In this document: positions 39,605 through 61,379 of the stretch, one piece after another
How the letters are laid out: each line of letters starts with the position of its first letter
Position numbering within the stretch: the stretch's first letter is position 1
Origin: the human T2T-CHM13v2.0 reference genome, Homo sapiens
NCBI RefSeq assembly: GCF_009914755.1
Contig: NC_060948.1
Strand: one strand, 5' to 3'
DNA: 64,000 bases
Program-made: the position numbers and the translations under genes
The notes under the pieces: generated by a model
Seen by the model: only the letters and a program-made list of their open reading frames with translations
Databases searched by the model: none
What the model was told of the DNA's origin: nothing

Positions 39605-41709
39605 AGATCCATATTTTTTAAATGAAAAAAAATTTCAAAGGTACTCTGCTTGGTACAATAATCAAATGTATAAACTGAGGAATAAAACATAACCATGAAA
39701 CCTACTTATAACTGCATATGGAAAATACAGAGGATAATTTTTTAAATAACATATTTTGAAAGCCTTAACTAGTAATTTGAAGAGTTGGCATTTGAAAGGC
39801 CAGTATGAATATACCTTCAAAGCAGCAACACAGGTTCCCCATGAGAAAAAGCAAACACAGGGGAAATAAAAACACAAAGGTTCAATCTCTTCTGACCTTT
39901 GAAAGACACGGCACAGACAGTGGTCCTTAGGACGAAGAGCAGGAGACCCCTAATTCCGTCACCATGGCGATAGGGCATAAACATTGCTGGGTGAGGGCAC
40001 AATCCACATTGTGAGGTCCAACTGCGGCCAGGAAGACAGGAGTGCTTTTACATAGACCGAAAGGTCATTGAAGGCTCAGAGTTTTGTTTCAAGAACTGAA
40101 TCCCAAGCCCACACGTTATTAGGCTGCGCTTCTTAAAACAAGTTATGAGATGGGAAAAAGGGCACCCACAAACATACGTATACATTATGTATATAATAAT
40201 ATACAGTATCACATATATAATATATATAACCTATGTATAATATTGTTTTACATCCTGCATCTTATGTTATATATATTGTATAAAATATAATAATTGATAA
40301 TATATAAGTTTTATAATTATACAATATGACATATAGTATATATTATAATTTATGACATATATAATATATGTTATATGTCATATATAGAATATATTATAGG
40401 GTTAATATACGTATTAAATATAAATTATACATTATATATATTATATATAATATATCTGTTATATATAATACCCATTATGCATAATATATATATTATGTCT
40501 ATGTTATATATAGTATAAAACAACATATAATAATATATAATTGTATATATAAAATGCGACATATAATATATATTATATTTTATAACATATGTAATATATA
40601 TTATATATTATATATAATACGTTGTATGTATAATACCTATATTAAATATATATTATATGACTATGTTATTAATTACATGTCACATGTGTTATATATTATA
40701 TATTTTACATAGAATATACCGGTTACATACAATATATACTATGTTACCTACAATGTATAATTTATTACATGTAAAATAAAGAATGCAATATATTATGTAT
40801 AATTTATAATACACAATATGTGGAATGTGATATATATAACATATAATATATGATATATGATATACAGTATATGATATATAACATACAATATATGATTCCT
40901 AATATATATGGTATACAATATATATTTTATGATATGTATTCTATATGTTTTATATTCTGTTATATATAACTATTTGAAATTATATATAACTGTATAATAT
41001 TTTATGTAAATATGTAATATAATATATATAACTATATAATATATTATATATAACTATATATTATGTTATATATACTTTTATAACATAATTTACATAAAAT
41101 ATCATAATATAATATATATTATATTATTTCATATTACATAATATATATTACATATCACCCAATATAACTAACATACATAATATTATAATATAGATTATAT
41201 TGTGTTATATTAAATATCATATATATCATGTATCATATATTCTATAATATATATTACACATTATATAATATGTATGTTGTCTATTATGTGATATATATAA
41301 CTCTATATATAATTATATTTTTATACATATAACTAGATAAACATGTAATTCTACATATTTTCATTTATAATATGTAGAATTATATAATCATATATAATTA
41401 TTTATATTCTATAAAAAATTTTATCATTATATAAATTATAATATATAAAAATTATAATATGTACTACAAATATATATATTATATATCATATATGATATAG
41501 TACCTTTGTTATATATCATAATACATATAAATGTGTATTATGTTATCTATAATTATATAATTTCATATATAAGATGTATAATATGTATCATATATTATAT
41601 ATGTTATGTAATATATACAGTATATATAAGATGACACAGGATAAATATTATATACTATGACATATAAAATATATGAGGTTATATGTTACATATAAGGCAT
41701 AGCACATAA

Positions 41710-42024
<315 letters not shown>

Positions 42025-44129
42025 AGATCCATATTTTTTAAATGAAAAAAAATTTCAAAGGTACTCTGCTTGGTACAATAATCAAATGTATAAACTGAGG
42101 AATAAAACATAACCATGAAACCTACTTATAACTGCATATGGAAAATACAGAGGATAATTTTTTAAATAACATATTTTGAAAGCCTTAACTAGTAATTTGA
42201 AGAGTTGGCATTTGAAAGGCCAGTATGAATATACCTTCAAAGCAGCAACACAGGTTCCCCATGAGAAAAAGCAAACACAGGGGAAATAAAAACACAAAGG
42301 TTCAATCTCTTCTGACCTTTGAAAGACACAGCACAGACAGTGGTCCTTGGGACGAAGAGCAGGAGACCCCTAATTCCGTCACCATGGCGATAGGGCATAA
42401 ACATTGCTGGGTGAGGGCACAATCCACATTGTGAGGTCCAACTGCTGCCAGGAAGACAGGAGTGCTTTTACATAGACCGAAAGGTCATTGAAGGCTCAGA
42501 GTTTTGTTTCAAGAACTGAATCCCAAGCCCACACGTTATTAGGCTGCGCTTCTTAAAACAAGTTATGAGATGGGAAAAAGGGCACCCACAAACATACGTA
42601 TACATTATGTATATAATAATATACAGTATCATATATATAATATATATAACCTATGTATAATATTGTTTTACATCCTGCATCTTATGTTATATATATTGTA
42701 TAAAATATAATAATTGATAATATATAAGTTTTATAATTATACAATATGACATATAGTATATATTATAATTTATGACATATATAATATATGTTATATATCA
42801 TATATAGAATATATTATACGGTTAATATACGTATTAAATATAAATTATACATTATATATATTATATATAATATATCTGTTATATATAATACCCATTATGC
42901 ATAATATATATATTATGTCTATGTTATATATAGTATAAAACAACATATAATAATATATAATTGTATATATAAAATGTGACATATAATATATATTATATTT
43001 TATAACATATGTAATATATATTATATATTATATATAATACGTTGTATGTATAATACCTATATTAAATATATATTATATGACTATGTTATTAATTACATGT
43101 CACATGTGTTATATATTATATATTTTACATAGAATATACCGGTTACATACAATATATACTATGTTACCTATAATGTATAATTTATTACATGTAAAATAAA
43201 GAATGCAATATATTATGTATAATTTATAATATACAATATGTGGAATGTGATATATATAACATATAATATATGATATATGATATACAGTATATGATATATA
43301 ACATACAATATATGATTCCTAATATATATGGTATACAATATATATTTTATGATATGTATTCTATATGTTTTATATTCTGTTATATATAACTATTTGAAAT
43401 TATATATAACTGTATAATATTTTATGTAAATATGTAATATAATATATATAACTATATAATATATTATATATAACTATATATTATGTTATATATACTTTTA
43501 TAACATAATTTACATAAAATATCATAATATAATATATATTATATTATTTCATATTACATAATATATATTACATATCACCCAATATAACTAACATACATAA
43601 TATTATAATATAGATTATATTGTGTTATACTAAATATCATATATATCATGTATCATATATTCTATAATATATATTACACATTATATAATATGTATGTTGT
43701 CTATTATGTGATATATATAACTCTATATATAATTATATTTTTATACATATAACTAGATAAACATGTAATTCTACATATTTTCATTTATAATATGTAGAAT
43801 TATATAATCATATATAATTATTTATATTCTATAAAAAATTTTATCATTATATAAATTATAATATATAAAAATTATAATATGTACTACAAATATATATATT
43901 ATATATCATATATGATATAGTACCTTTGTTATATATCATAATACATATAAATGTGTATTATGTTATCTATAATTATATAATTTCATATATAAGATGTATA
44001 ATATGTATCATATATTATATATGTTATGTAATATATACAGTATATATAAGATGACACAGGATAAATATTATATACTATGACATATAAAATATATGAGGTT
44101 ATATGTTACATATAATGCATAGCACATAA

Positions 44130-44444
<315 letters not shown>

Positions 44445-46549
44445 AGATCCATATTTTTTAAATGAAAAAAAATTTCAAAGGTACTCTGCTTGGTACAATA
44501 ATCAAATGTATAAACTGAGGAATAAAACATAACCATGAAACCTACTTATAACTGCATATGGAAAATACAGAGGATAATTTTTTAAATAACATATTTTGAA
44601 AGCCTTAACTAGTAATTTGAAGAGTTGGCCTTTGAAAGGCCAGTATGAATATACCTTCAAAGCAGCAACACAGGTTCCCCATGAGAAAAAGCAAACACAG
44701 GGGAAATAAAAACACAAAGGTTCAATCTCTTCTGACCTTTGAAAGACACAGCACAGACAGTGGTCCTTAGGACGAAGAGCAGGAGACCCCTAATTCCGTC
44801 ACCATGGCGATAGGGCATAAACATTGCTGGGTGAGGGCACAATCCACATTGTGAGGTCCAACTGCTGCCAGGAAGACAGGAGTGCTTTTACATAGACCGA
44901 AAGGTCATTGAAGGCTCAGAGTTTTGTTTCAAGAACTGAATCCCAAGCCCACACGTTATTAGGCTGCGCTTCTTAAAACAAGTTATGAGATGGGAAAAAG
45001 GGCACCCACAAACATACGTATACATTATGTATATAATAATACACAGTATCATATATATAATATATATAACCTATGTATAATATTGTTTTACATCCTGCAT
45101 CTTATGTTATATATATTGTATAAAATATAATAATTGATAATATATAAGTTTTATAATTATACAATATGACATATAGTATATATTATAATTTATGACATAT
45201 ATAATATATGTTATATATCATATATAGAATATATTATACGGTTAATATACGTATTAAATATAAATTATACATTATATATATTATATATAATATATCTGTT
45301 ATATATAATACCCATTATGCATAATATATATATTATGTCTATGTTATATATAGTATAAAACAACATATAATAATATATAATTGTATATATAAAATGTGAC
45401 ATATAATATATATTATATTTTATAACATATGTAATATATATTATATATTATATATAATACGTTGTATGTATAATACCTATATTAAATATATATTATATGA
45501 CTATGTTATTAATTACATGTCACATGTGTTATATATTATATATTTTACATAGAATATACCGGTTACATACAATATATACTATGTTACCTATAATGTATAA
45601 TTTATTACATGTAAAATAAAGAATGCAATATATTATGTATAATTTATAATATACAATATGTGGAATGTGATATATATAACATATAATATATGATATATGA
45701 TATACAGTATATGATATATAACATACAATATATGATTCCTAATATATATGGTATACAATATATATTTTATGATATGTATTCTATATGTTTTATATTCTGT
45801 TATATATAACTATTTGAAATTATATATAACTGTATAATATTTTATGTAAATATGTAATATAATATATATAACTATATAATATATTATATATAACTATATA
45901 TTATGTTATATATACTTTTATAACATAATTTACATAAAATATCATAATATAATATATATTATATTATTTCATATTACATAATATATATTACATATCACCC
46001 AATATAACTAACATACATAATATTATAATATAGATTATATTGTGTTATATTAAATATCATATATATCATGTATCATATATTCTATAATATATATTACACA
46101 TTATATAATATGTATGTTGTCTATTATGTGATATATATAACTCTATATATAATTATATTTTTATACATATAACTAGATAAACATGTAATTCTACATATTT
46201 TCATTTATAATATGTAGAATTATATAATCATATATAATTATTTATATTCTATAAAAAATTTTATCATTATATAAATTATAATATATAAAAATTATAATAT
46301 GTACTACAAATATATATATTATATATCATATATGATATAGTACCTTTGTTATATATCATAATACATATAAATGTGTATTATGTTAACTATAATTATATAA
46401 TTTCATATATAAGATGTATAATATGTATCATATATTATATATGTTATGTAATATATACAGTATATATAAGATGACACAGGATAAATATTATATACTATGA
46501 CATATAAAATATATGAGGTTATATGTTACATATATGGCATAGCACATAA

Positions 46550-46864
<315 letters not shown>

Positions 46865-48969
46865 AGATCCATATTTTTTAAATGAAAAAAAATTTCAAAG
46901 GTACTCTGCTTGGTACAATAATCAAATGTATAAACTGAGGAATAAAACATAACCATGAAACCTACTTATAACTGCATATGGAAAATACAGAGGATAATTT
47001 TTTAAATAACATATTTTGAAAGCCTTAACTAGTAATTTGAAGAGTTGGCATTTGAAAGGCCAGTATGAATATACCTTCAAAGCAGCAACACAGGTTCCCC
47101 ATGAGAAAAAGCAAACACAGGGGAAATAAAAACACAAAGGTTCAATCTCTTCTGACCTTTGAAAGACACAGCACAGACAGTGGTCCTTAGGACGAAGAGC
47201 AGGAGACCCCTAATTCCGTCACCATGGCGATAGGGCATAAACATTGCTGGGTGAGGGCACAATCCACATTGTGAGGTCCAACTGCTGCCAGGAAGACAGG
47301 AGTGCTTTTACATAGACCGAAAGGTCATTGAAGGCTCAGAGTTTTGTTTCAAGAACTGAATCCCAAGCCCACACGTTATTAGGCTGCGCTTCTTAAAACA
47401 AGTTATGAGATGGGAAAAAGGGCACCCACAAACATACGTATACATTATGTATATAATAATATACAGTATCATATATATAATATATATAACCTATGTATAA
47501 TATTGTTTTACATCCTGCATCTTATGTTATATATATTGTATAAAATATAATAATTGATAATATATAAGTTTTATAATTATACAATATGACATATAGTATA
47601 TATTATAATTTATGACATATATAATATATGTTATATATCATATATAGAATATACTATACGGTTAATATACGTATTAAATATAAATTATACACTATATATA
47701 TTATATATAATATATCTGTTATATATAATACCCATTATGCATAATATATATATTATGTCTATGTTATATATAGTATAAAACAACATATAATAATATATAA
47801 TTGTATATATAAAATGTGACATATAATATATATTATATTTTATAACATATGTAATATATATTATATATTATATATAATACGTTGTATGTATAATACCTAT
47901 ATTAAATATATATTATATGACTATGTTATTAATTACATGTCACATGTGTTATATATTATATATTTTACATAGAATATACCGGTTACATACAATATATACT
48001 ATGTTACCTATAATGTATAATTTATTACATGTAAAATAAATAATGCAATATATTATGTATAATTTATAATATACAATATGTGGAATGTGATATATATAAC
48101 ATATAATATATGATATATGATATACAGTATATGATATATAACATACAATATATGATTCCTAATATATATGGTATACAATATATATTTTATGATATGTATT
48201 CTATATGTTTTATATTCTGTTATATATAACTATTTGAAATTATATATAACTGTATAATATTTTATGTAAATATGTAATATAATATATATAACTATATAAT
48301 ATATTATATATAACTATATATTATGTTATATATACTTTTATAACATAATTTACATAAAATATCATAATATAATATATATTATATTATTTCATATTACATA
48401 ATATATATTACATATCACCCAATATAACTAACATACATAATATTATAATATAGATTATATTGTGTTATATTAAATATCATATATATCATGTATCATATAT
48501 TCTATAATATATATTACACATTATATAATATGTATGTTGTCTATTATGTGATATATATAACTCTATATATAATTATATTTTTATACATATAACTAGATAA
48601 ACATGTAATTCTACATATTTTCATTTATAATATGTAGAATTATATAATCATATATAATTATTTATATTCTATAAAAAATTTTATCATTATATAAATTATA
48701 ATATATAAAAATTATAATATGTACTACAAATATATATATTATATATCATATATGATATAGTACCTTTGTTATATATCATAATACATATAAATGTGTATTA
48801 TGTTATCTATAATTATATAATTTCATATATAAGATGTATAATATGTATCATATATTATATATGTTATGTAATATATACAGTATATATAAGATGACACAGG
48901 ATAAATATTATATACTATGACATATAAAATATATGAGGTTATATGTTACATATAAGGCATAGCACATAA

Positions 48970-49284
<315 letters not shown>

Positions 49285-51389
49285 AGATCCATATTTTTTA
49301 AATGAAAAAAAATTTCAAAGGTACTCTGCTTGGTACAATAATCAAATGTATAAACTGAGGAATAAAACATAACCATGAAACCTACTTATAACTGCATATG
49401 GAAAATACAGAGGATAATTTTTTAAATAACATATTTTGAAAGCCTTAACTAGTAATTTGAAGAGTTGGCATTTGAAAGGCCAGTATGAATATACCTTCAA
49501 AGCAGCAACACAGGTTCCCCATGAGAAAAAGCAAACACAGGGGAAATAAAAACACAAAGGTTCAATCTCTTCTGACCTTTGAAAGACACAGCACAGACAG
49601 TGGTCCTTAGGACGAAGAGCAGGAGACCCCTAATTCCGTCACCATGGCGATAGGGCATAAACATTGCTGGGTGAGGGCACAATCCACATTGTGAGGTCCA
49701 ACTGCTGCCAGGAAGACAGGAGTGCTTTTACATAGACCGAAAGGTCATTGAAGGCTCAGAGTTTTGTTTCAAGAACTGAATCCCAAGCCCACACGTTATT
49801 AGGCTGCGCTTCTTAAAACAAGTTATGAGATGGGAAAAAGGGCACCCACAAACATACGTATACATTATGTATATAATAATATACAGTATCATATATATAA
49901 TATATATAACCTATGTATAATATTGTTTTACATCCTGCATCTTATGTTATATATATTGTATAAAATATAATAATTGATAATATATAAGTTTTATAATTAT
50001 ACAATATGACATATAGTATATATTATAATTTATGACATATATAATATATGTTATATATCATATATAGAATATATTATACGGTTAATATACGTATTAAATA
50101 TAAATTATACATTATATATATTATATATAATATATCTGTTATATATAATACCCATTATGCATAATATATATATTATGTCTATGTTATATATAGTATAAAA
50201 CAACATATAATAATATATAATTGTATATATAAAATGTGACATATAATATATATTATATTTTATAACATATGTAATATATATTATATATTATATATAATAC
50301 GTTGTATGTATAATACCTATATTAAATATATATTATATGACTATGTTATTAATTACATGTCACATGTGTTATATATTATATATTTTACATAGAATATACC
50401 GGTTACATACAATATATACTATGTTACCTATAATGTATAATTTATTACATGTAAAATAAAGAATGCAATATATTATGTATAATTTATAATATACAATATG
50501 TGGAATGTGATATATATAACATATAATATATGATATATGATATACAGTATATGATATATAACATACAATATATGATTCCTAATATATATGGTATACAATA
50601 TATATTTTATGATATGTATTCTATATGTTTTATATTCTGTTATATATAACTATTTGAAATTATATATAACTGTATAATATTTTATGTAAATATGTAATAT
50701 AATATATATAACTATATAATATATTATATATAACTATATATTATGTTATATATACTTTTATAACATAATTTACATAAAATATCATAATATAATATATATT
50801 ATATTATTTCATATTACATAATATATATTACATATCACCCAATATAACTAACATACATAATATTATAATATAGATTATATTGTGTTATATTAAATATCAT
50901 ATATATCATGTATCATATATTCTATAATATATATTACACATTATATAATATGTATGTTGTCTATTATGTGATATATATAACTCTATATATAATTATATTT
51001 TTATACATATAACTAGATAAACATGTAATTCTACATATTTTCATTTATAATATGTAGAATTATATAATCATATATAATTATTTATATTCTATAAAAAATT
51101 TTATCATTATATAAATTATAATATATAAAAATTATAATATGTACTACAAATATATATATTATATATCATATATGATATAGTACCTTTGTTATATATCATA
51201 ATACATATAAATGTGTATTATGTTATCTATAATTATATAATTTCATATATAAGATGTATAATATGTATCATATATTATATATGTTATGTAATATATACAG
51301 TATATATAAGATGACACAGGATAAATATTATATACTATGACATATAAAATATATGAGGTTATACGTTACATATAAGGCATAGCACATAA

Positions 51390-51704
<315 letters not shown>

Positions 51705-53809
51705 AGATCCATATTTTTTAAATGAAAAAAAATTTCAAAGGTACTCTGCTTGGTACAATAATCAAATGTATAAACTGAGGAATAAAACATAACCATGAAA
51801 CCTACTTATAACTGCATATGGAAAATACAGAGGATAATTTTTTAAATAACATATTTTGAAAGCCTTAACTAGTAATTTGAAGAGTTGGCATTTGAAAGGC
51901 CAGTATGAATATACCTTCAAAGCAGCAACACAGGTTCCCCATGAGAAAAAGCAAACACAGGGGAAATAAAAACACAAAGGTTCAATCTCTTCTGACCTTT
52001 GAAAGACACAGCACAGACAGTGGTCCTTAGGACGAAGAGCAGGAGACCCCTAATTCCGTCACCATGGCGATAGGGCATAAACATTGCTGGGTGAGGGCAC
52101 AATCCACATTGTGAGGTCCAACTGCTGCCAGGAAGACAGGAGTGCTTTTACATAGACCGAAAGGTCATTGAAGGCTCAGAGTTTTGTTTCAAGAACTGAA
52201 TCCCAAGCCCACACGTTATTAGGCTGCGCTTCTTAAAACAAGTTATGAGATGGGAAAAAGGGCACCCACAAACATACGTATACATTATGTATATAATAAT
52301 ATACAGTATCATATATATAATATATATAACCTATGTATAATATTGTTTTACATCCTGCATCTTATGTTATATATATTGTATAAAATATAATAATTGATAA
52401 TATATAAGTTTTATAATTATACAATATGACATATAGTATATATTATAATTTATGACATATATAATATATGTTATATATCATATATAGAATATATTATACG
52501 GTTAATATACGTATTAAATATAAATTATACATTATATATATTATATATAATATATCTGTTATATATAATACCCATTATGCATAATATATATATTATGTCT
52601 ATGTTATATATAGTATAAAACAACATATAAAAATATATAATTGTATATATAAAATGCGACATATAATATATATTATATTTTATAAAATATGTAATATATA
52701 TTATATATTATATATAATACGTTGTATGTATAATACCTATATTAAATATATATTATATGACTATGTTATTAATTACATGTCACATGTGTTATATATTATA
52801 TATTTTACATAGAATATACCGGTTACATACAATATATACTATGTTACCTATAATGTATAATTTATTACATGTAAAATAAAGAATGCAATATATTATGTAT
52901 AATTTATAATATACAATATGTGGAATGTGATATATATAACATATAATATATGATATATGATATACAGTATATGATATATAGCATACAATATATGATTCCT
53001 AATATATATGTTATACCATATATATTTTATGATATGTATTCTATATGTTTTATATTCTGTTATATATAACTATTTGAAATTATATATAACTGTATAATAT
53101 TTTATGTAAATATGTAATATAATATATATAACTATATAATATATTATATATAACTATATATTATGTTATATATACTTTTATAACATAATTTACATAAAAT
53201 ATCATAATATAATATATATTATATTATTTCATATTACATAGTATATATTACATATCACCCAATATAACTAACATACATAATATTATAATATAGATTATAT
53301 TGTGTTATATTAAATATCATATATATCATGTATCATATATTCTATAATATATATTACACATTATATAATATGTATGTTGTCTATTATGTGATATATATAA
53401 CTCTATATATAATTATATTTTTATACATATAACTAGATAAACATGTAATTCTACATATTTTCATTTATAATATGTAGAATTATATAATCATATATAATTA
53501 TTTATATTCTATAAAAAATTTTATCATTATATAAATTATAATATATAAAAATTATAATATGTACTACAAATATATATATTATATATCATATATGATATAG
53601 TACCTTTGTTATATATCATAATACATATAAATGTGTATTATGTTATCTATAATTATATAATTTCATATATAAGATGTATAATATGTATCATATATTATAT
53701 ATGTTATGTAATATATACAGTATATATAAGATGACACAGGATAAATATTATATACTATGACATATAAAATATATGAGGTTATATGTTACATATAAGGCAT
53801 AGCACATAA

Positions 53810-54124
<315 letters not shown>

Positions 54125-56226
54125 AGATCCATATTTTTTAAATGAAAAAAAATTTCAAAGGTACTCTGCTTGGTACAATAATCAAATGTATAAACTGAGG
54201 AATAAAACATAACCATGAAACCTACTTATAACTGCATATGGAAAATACAGAGGATAATTTTTTAAATAACATATTTTGAAAGCCTTAACTAGTAATTTGA
54301 AGAGTTGGCATTTGAAAGGCCAGTATGAATATACCTTCAAAGCAGCAACACAGGTTCCCCATGAGAAAAAGCAAACACAGGGGAAATAAAAACACAAAGG
54401 TTCAATCTCTTCTGACCTTTGAAAGACACAGCACAGACAGTGGTCCTTAGGACGAAGAGCAGGAGACCCCTAATTCCGTCACCATGGCGATAGGGCATAA
54501 ACATTGCTGGGTGAGGGCACAATCCACATTGTGAGGTCCAACTGCTGCCAGGAAGACAGGAGTGCTTTTACATAGACCGAAAGGTCATTGAAGGCTCAGA
54601 GTTTTGTTTCAAGAACTGAATCCCAAGCCCACACGTTATTAGGCTGCGCTTCTTAAAACAAGTTCTGAGATGGGAAAAAGGGCACCCACAAACATACGTA
54701 TACATTATGTATATAATAATATACAGTATCATATATATAATATATATAACCTATGTATAATATTGTTTTACATCCTGCATCTTATGTTATATATATTGTA
54801 TAAAATATAATAATTGATAATATATAAGTTTTATAATTATACAATATGACATATAGTATATATTATAATTTATGACATATATAATATATGTTATATATCA
54901 TATATAGAATATATTATACGGTTAATATACGTATTAAATATAAATTATACATTATATATATTATATATAATATATCTGTTATATATAATACCCATTATGC
55001 ATAATATATATATTATGTCTATGTTATATATAGTATAAAACATCATATAATAATATATAATTGTATATAAAATGCGACATATAATATATATTATATTTTA
55101 TAACATATGTACTATATATTATATATTATATATAATACGTTGTATGTATAATACCTATATTAAATATATATTATATGACTATGTTATTAATTACATGTCA
55201 CATGTGTTATATATTATATATTTTACATAGAATATACCGGTTACATACAATATATACTATGTTACCTATAATGTATAATTTATTACATGTAAAATAAAGA
55301 ATGCAATATATTATGTATAATTTATAATATACAATATGTGGAATGTGATATATATAACATATAATATATGATATATGATATACAGTATATGATATATAAC
55401 ATACAACATATGATTCCTAATATATATGGTATACAATATATATTTTATGATATGTATTCTATATGTTTTATGTTCTGTTATATATAACTATTTGAAATTA
55501 TATATAACTGTATAATATTTCATGTAAATATGTAATATAATATATATAACTATATAATATATTATATATAACTATATATTATGTTATATATACTTTTATA
55601 ACATAATTTACATAAAATATCATAATATAATATATATTATATTATTTCATATTACATAATATATATTACATATCACCCAATATAACTAACATACATAATA
55701 TTATAATATAGATTATATTGTGTTATATTAAATATCATATATATCATGTATCATATATTCTATAATATATATTACACATTATATAATATGTATATTGTCT
55801 ATTATGTGATATATATAACTCTATATATAATTATATTTTTATACATATAACTAGATAAACATGTAATTCTACATATTTTCATTTATAATATGTAGAATTA
55901 TATAATCATATATAATTATTTATATTCTATAAAAATTTTATCATTATATAAATTATAATATATAAAAATTATAATATGTACTACAAATATATATATTATA
56001 TATCATATATGATATAGTACCTTTGTTATATATCATAATACATATAAATGTGTATTATGTTATCTATAATTATATAATTTCATATATAAGATGTATAATA
56101 TGTATCATATATTATATATGTTATGTAATATATATAGTATATATAAGATGACACAGGATAAATATTATATACTATGACATATAAAATATATGAGGTTATA
56201 TGTTACATATAAGGCATAGCACATAA

Positions 56227-56541
<315 letters not shown>

Positions 56542-58645
56542 AGATCCATATTTTTTAAATGAAAAAAAATTTCAAAGGTACTCTGCTTGGTACAATAATC
56601 AAATGTATAAACTGAGGAATAAAGCATAACCATGAAACCTACTTATAACTGCATATGGAAAATACAGAGGATAATTTTTTAAATAACATATTTTGAAAGC
56701 CTTAACTAGTAATTTGAAGAGTTGGCATTTGAAAGGCCAGTATGAATATACCTTCAAAGCAGCAACACAGGTTACCCATGAGAAAAAGCAAACACAGGGG
56801 AAATAAAAACACAAAGGTTCAAACTCTTCTGACCTTTGAAAGACACAGCACAGACAGTGGTCCTTAGGACGAAGAGCAGGAGACCCCTAATTCCGTCACC
56901 ATGGCGATAGGGCATAAACATTGCTGGGTGAGGGCACAATCCACATTGTGAGGTCCAACTGCTGCCAGGAAGACAGGAGTGCTTTTACATAGACCGAAAG
57001 GTCATTGAAGGCTCAGAGTTTTGTTTCAAGAACTGAATCCCAAGCCCACACGTTATTAGGCTGCGCTTCTTAAAACAAGTTATGAGATGGGAAAAAGGGC
57101 ACCCACAAACATACGTATACATTATGTATATAATAATATACAGTATCATATATATAATATATATAACCTATGTATAATATTGTTTTACATCCTGCATCTT
57201 ATGTTATATATATTGTATAAAATATAATAATTGATAATATATAAGTTTTATAATTATACAATATGACATATAGTATATATTATAATTTATGACATATATA
57301 ATATATGTTATATATCATATATAGAATATATTATACGGTTAATATACGTATTAAATATAAATTATACATTATATATATTATATATAATATATCTGTTATA
57401 TATAATACCCATTATGCATAATATATATATTATGTCTATGTTATATATAGTATAAAACAACATATAATAATATATAATTGTATATATAAAATGCGACATA
57501 TAATATATATTATATTTTATAACATATGTACTATATATTATATATTATATATAATACGTTGTATGTATAATACCTATATTAAATATATATTATATGACTA
57601 TGTTATTAATTACATGTCACATGTGTTATATATTATATATTTTACATAGAATATACCGGTTACATACAATATATACTATGTTACCTATAATGTATAATTT
57701 ATTACATGTAAAATAAAGAATGCAATATATTATGTATAATTTATAATATACAATATGTGGAATGTGATATATATAACATATAATATATGATATATGATAT
57801 ACAGTATATGATATATAACATACAACATATGATTCCTAATATATATGGTATACAATATATATTTTATGATATGTATTCTATATGTTTTATGTCCTGTTAT
57901 ATATAACTATTTGAAATTATATATAACTGTATAATATTTTATGTAAATATGTAATATAATATATATAACTATATAATATATTATATATAACTATATATTA
58001 TGTTATATATACTTTTATAACATAATTTACATAAAATATCATAATATAATATATATTATATTATTTCATATTACATAATATATATTACATATCACCCAAT
58101 ATAACTAACATACATAATATTATAATATAGATTATATTGTGTTATATTAAATATCATATATATCATGTATCATATATTCTATAATATATATTACACATTA
58201 TATAATATGTATATTGTCTATTATGTGATATATATAACTCTATATATAATTATATTTTTATACATATAACTAGATAAACATGTAATTCTACATATTTTCA
58301 TTTATAATATGTAGAATTATATAATCATATATAATTATTTATATTCTATAAAAATTTTATCATTATATAAATTATAATATATAAAAATTATAATATGTAC
58401 TACAAATATATATATTATATATCATATATGATATAGTACCTTTGTTATATATCATAATACATATAAATGTGTATTATGTTATCTATAATTATATAATTTC
58501 ATATATAAGATGTATAATATGTATCATATATTATATATGTTATGTAATATATATAGTATATATAAGATGACACAGGATAAATATTATATACTATGACATA
58601 TAAAATATATGAGGTTATATGTTACATATAAGGCATAGCACATAA

Positions 58646-58960
<315 letters not shown>

Positions 58961-61064
58961 AGATCCATATTTTTTAAATGAAAAAAAATTTCAAAGGTAC
59001 TCTGCTTGGTACAATAATCAAATGTATAAACTGAGGAATAAAGCATAACCATGAAACCTACTTATAACTGCATATGGAAAATACAGAGGATAATTTTTTA
59101 AATAACATATTTTGAAAGCCTTAACTAGTAATTTGAAGAGTTGGCATTTGAAAGGCCAGTATGAATATACCTTCAAAGCAGCAACACAGGTTCCCCATGA
59201 GAAAAAGCAAACTCAGGGAAAATAAAAACACAAAGGTTCAATCTCTTCTGACCTTTGAAAGACACAGCACAGACAGTGGTCCTTAGGACGAAGAGCAGGA
59301 GACCCCTAATTCCGTCACCATGGCGATAGGGCATAAACATTGCTGGGTGAGGGCACAATCCACATTGTGAGGTCCAACTGCTGCCAGGAAGACAGGAGTG
59401 CTTTTACATAGACCGAAAGGTCATTGAAGGCTCAGAGTTTTGTTTCAAGAACTGAATCCCAAGCCCACACGTTATTAGGCTGCGCTTCTTAAAACAAGTT
59501 ATGAGATGGGAAAAAGGGCACCCACAAACATACGTATACATTATGTATATAATAATATACAGTATCATATATATAATATATATAACCTATGTATAATATT
59601 GTTTTACATCCTGCATCTTATGTTATATATATTGTATAAAATATAATAATTGATAATATATAAGTTTTATAATTATACAATATGACATAGAGTATATATT
59701 ATAATTTATGTCATATATAATATATGTTATATATCATATATAGAATATATTATACGGTTAATATACGTATTAAATATAAATTATACATTATATATATTAT
59801 ATATAATATATCTGTTATATATAATACCCATTATGCATAATATATATATTATGTCTATGTTATATATAGTATAAAACAACATATAATAATATATAATTGT
59901 ATATATAAATTGCGACATATAATATATATTATATTTTATAACATATGTAATATATATTATATATTATATATAATACGTTGTATGTATAATACCTATATTA
60001 AATATATATTATATGACTATGTTATTAATTACATGTCACATGTGTTATATATTATATATTTTACATAGAATATACCGGTTACATACAATATATACTAAGT
60101 TACCTATAATGTATAATTTATTACATGTAAAATAAAGAATGCAATATATTATGTATAATTTATAATATACAATATGTGGAATGTGATATATATAACATAT
60201 AATATATGATATATGATATACAGTATATGATATATAACATACAATATATGATTCCTAATATATATGGTATACAATATATATTTTATGATATGTATTCTAT
60301 ATGTTTTATATTCTGTTATATATAACTATTTGAAATTATATATAACTGTATAATATTTTATGTAAATATGTAATATAATATATATAACTATATAATATAT
60401 TATATATAACTATATATTATGTTATGTATACTTTTATAACATAATTTACATAAAATATCATAATATAATATATATTATATTATTTCATATTACATAATAT
60501 ATATTACATATCACCCAATATAACTAACATACATAATATTATAATATAGATTATATTGTGTTATATTAAATATCATATATATCATGTATCATATATTCTA
60601 TAATATATATTACACATTATATAATATGTATATTGTCTGTTATGTGATATATATAACTCTATATATAATTATATTTTTATACATATAACTAGATAAACAT
60701 GTAATTCTACATATTTTCATTTATAATATGTAGAATTATATAATCATATATAATTATTTATATTCTATAAAAATTTTATCATTATATAAATTATAATATA
60801 TAAAAATTATAATATGTACTACAAATATATATATTATATATCATATATGATATAGTACCTTTGTTATATATCATAATACATATAAATGTGTATTATGTTA
60901 TCTATAATTATATAATTTCATATATAAGATGTATAATATGTATCATATATTATATATGTTATGTAATATATATAGTATATATAAGATGACACAGGATAAA
61001 TATTATATACTATGACATATAAAATATATGAGGTTATATGTTACATATAAGGCATAGCACATAA

Positions 61065-61379
<315 letters not shown>
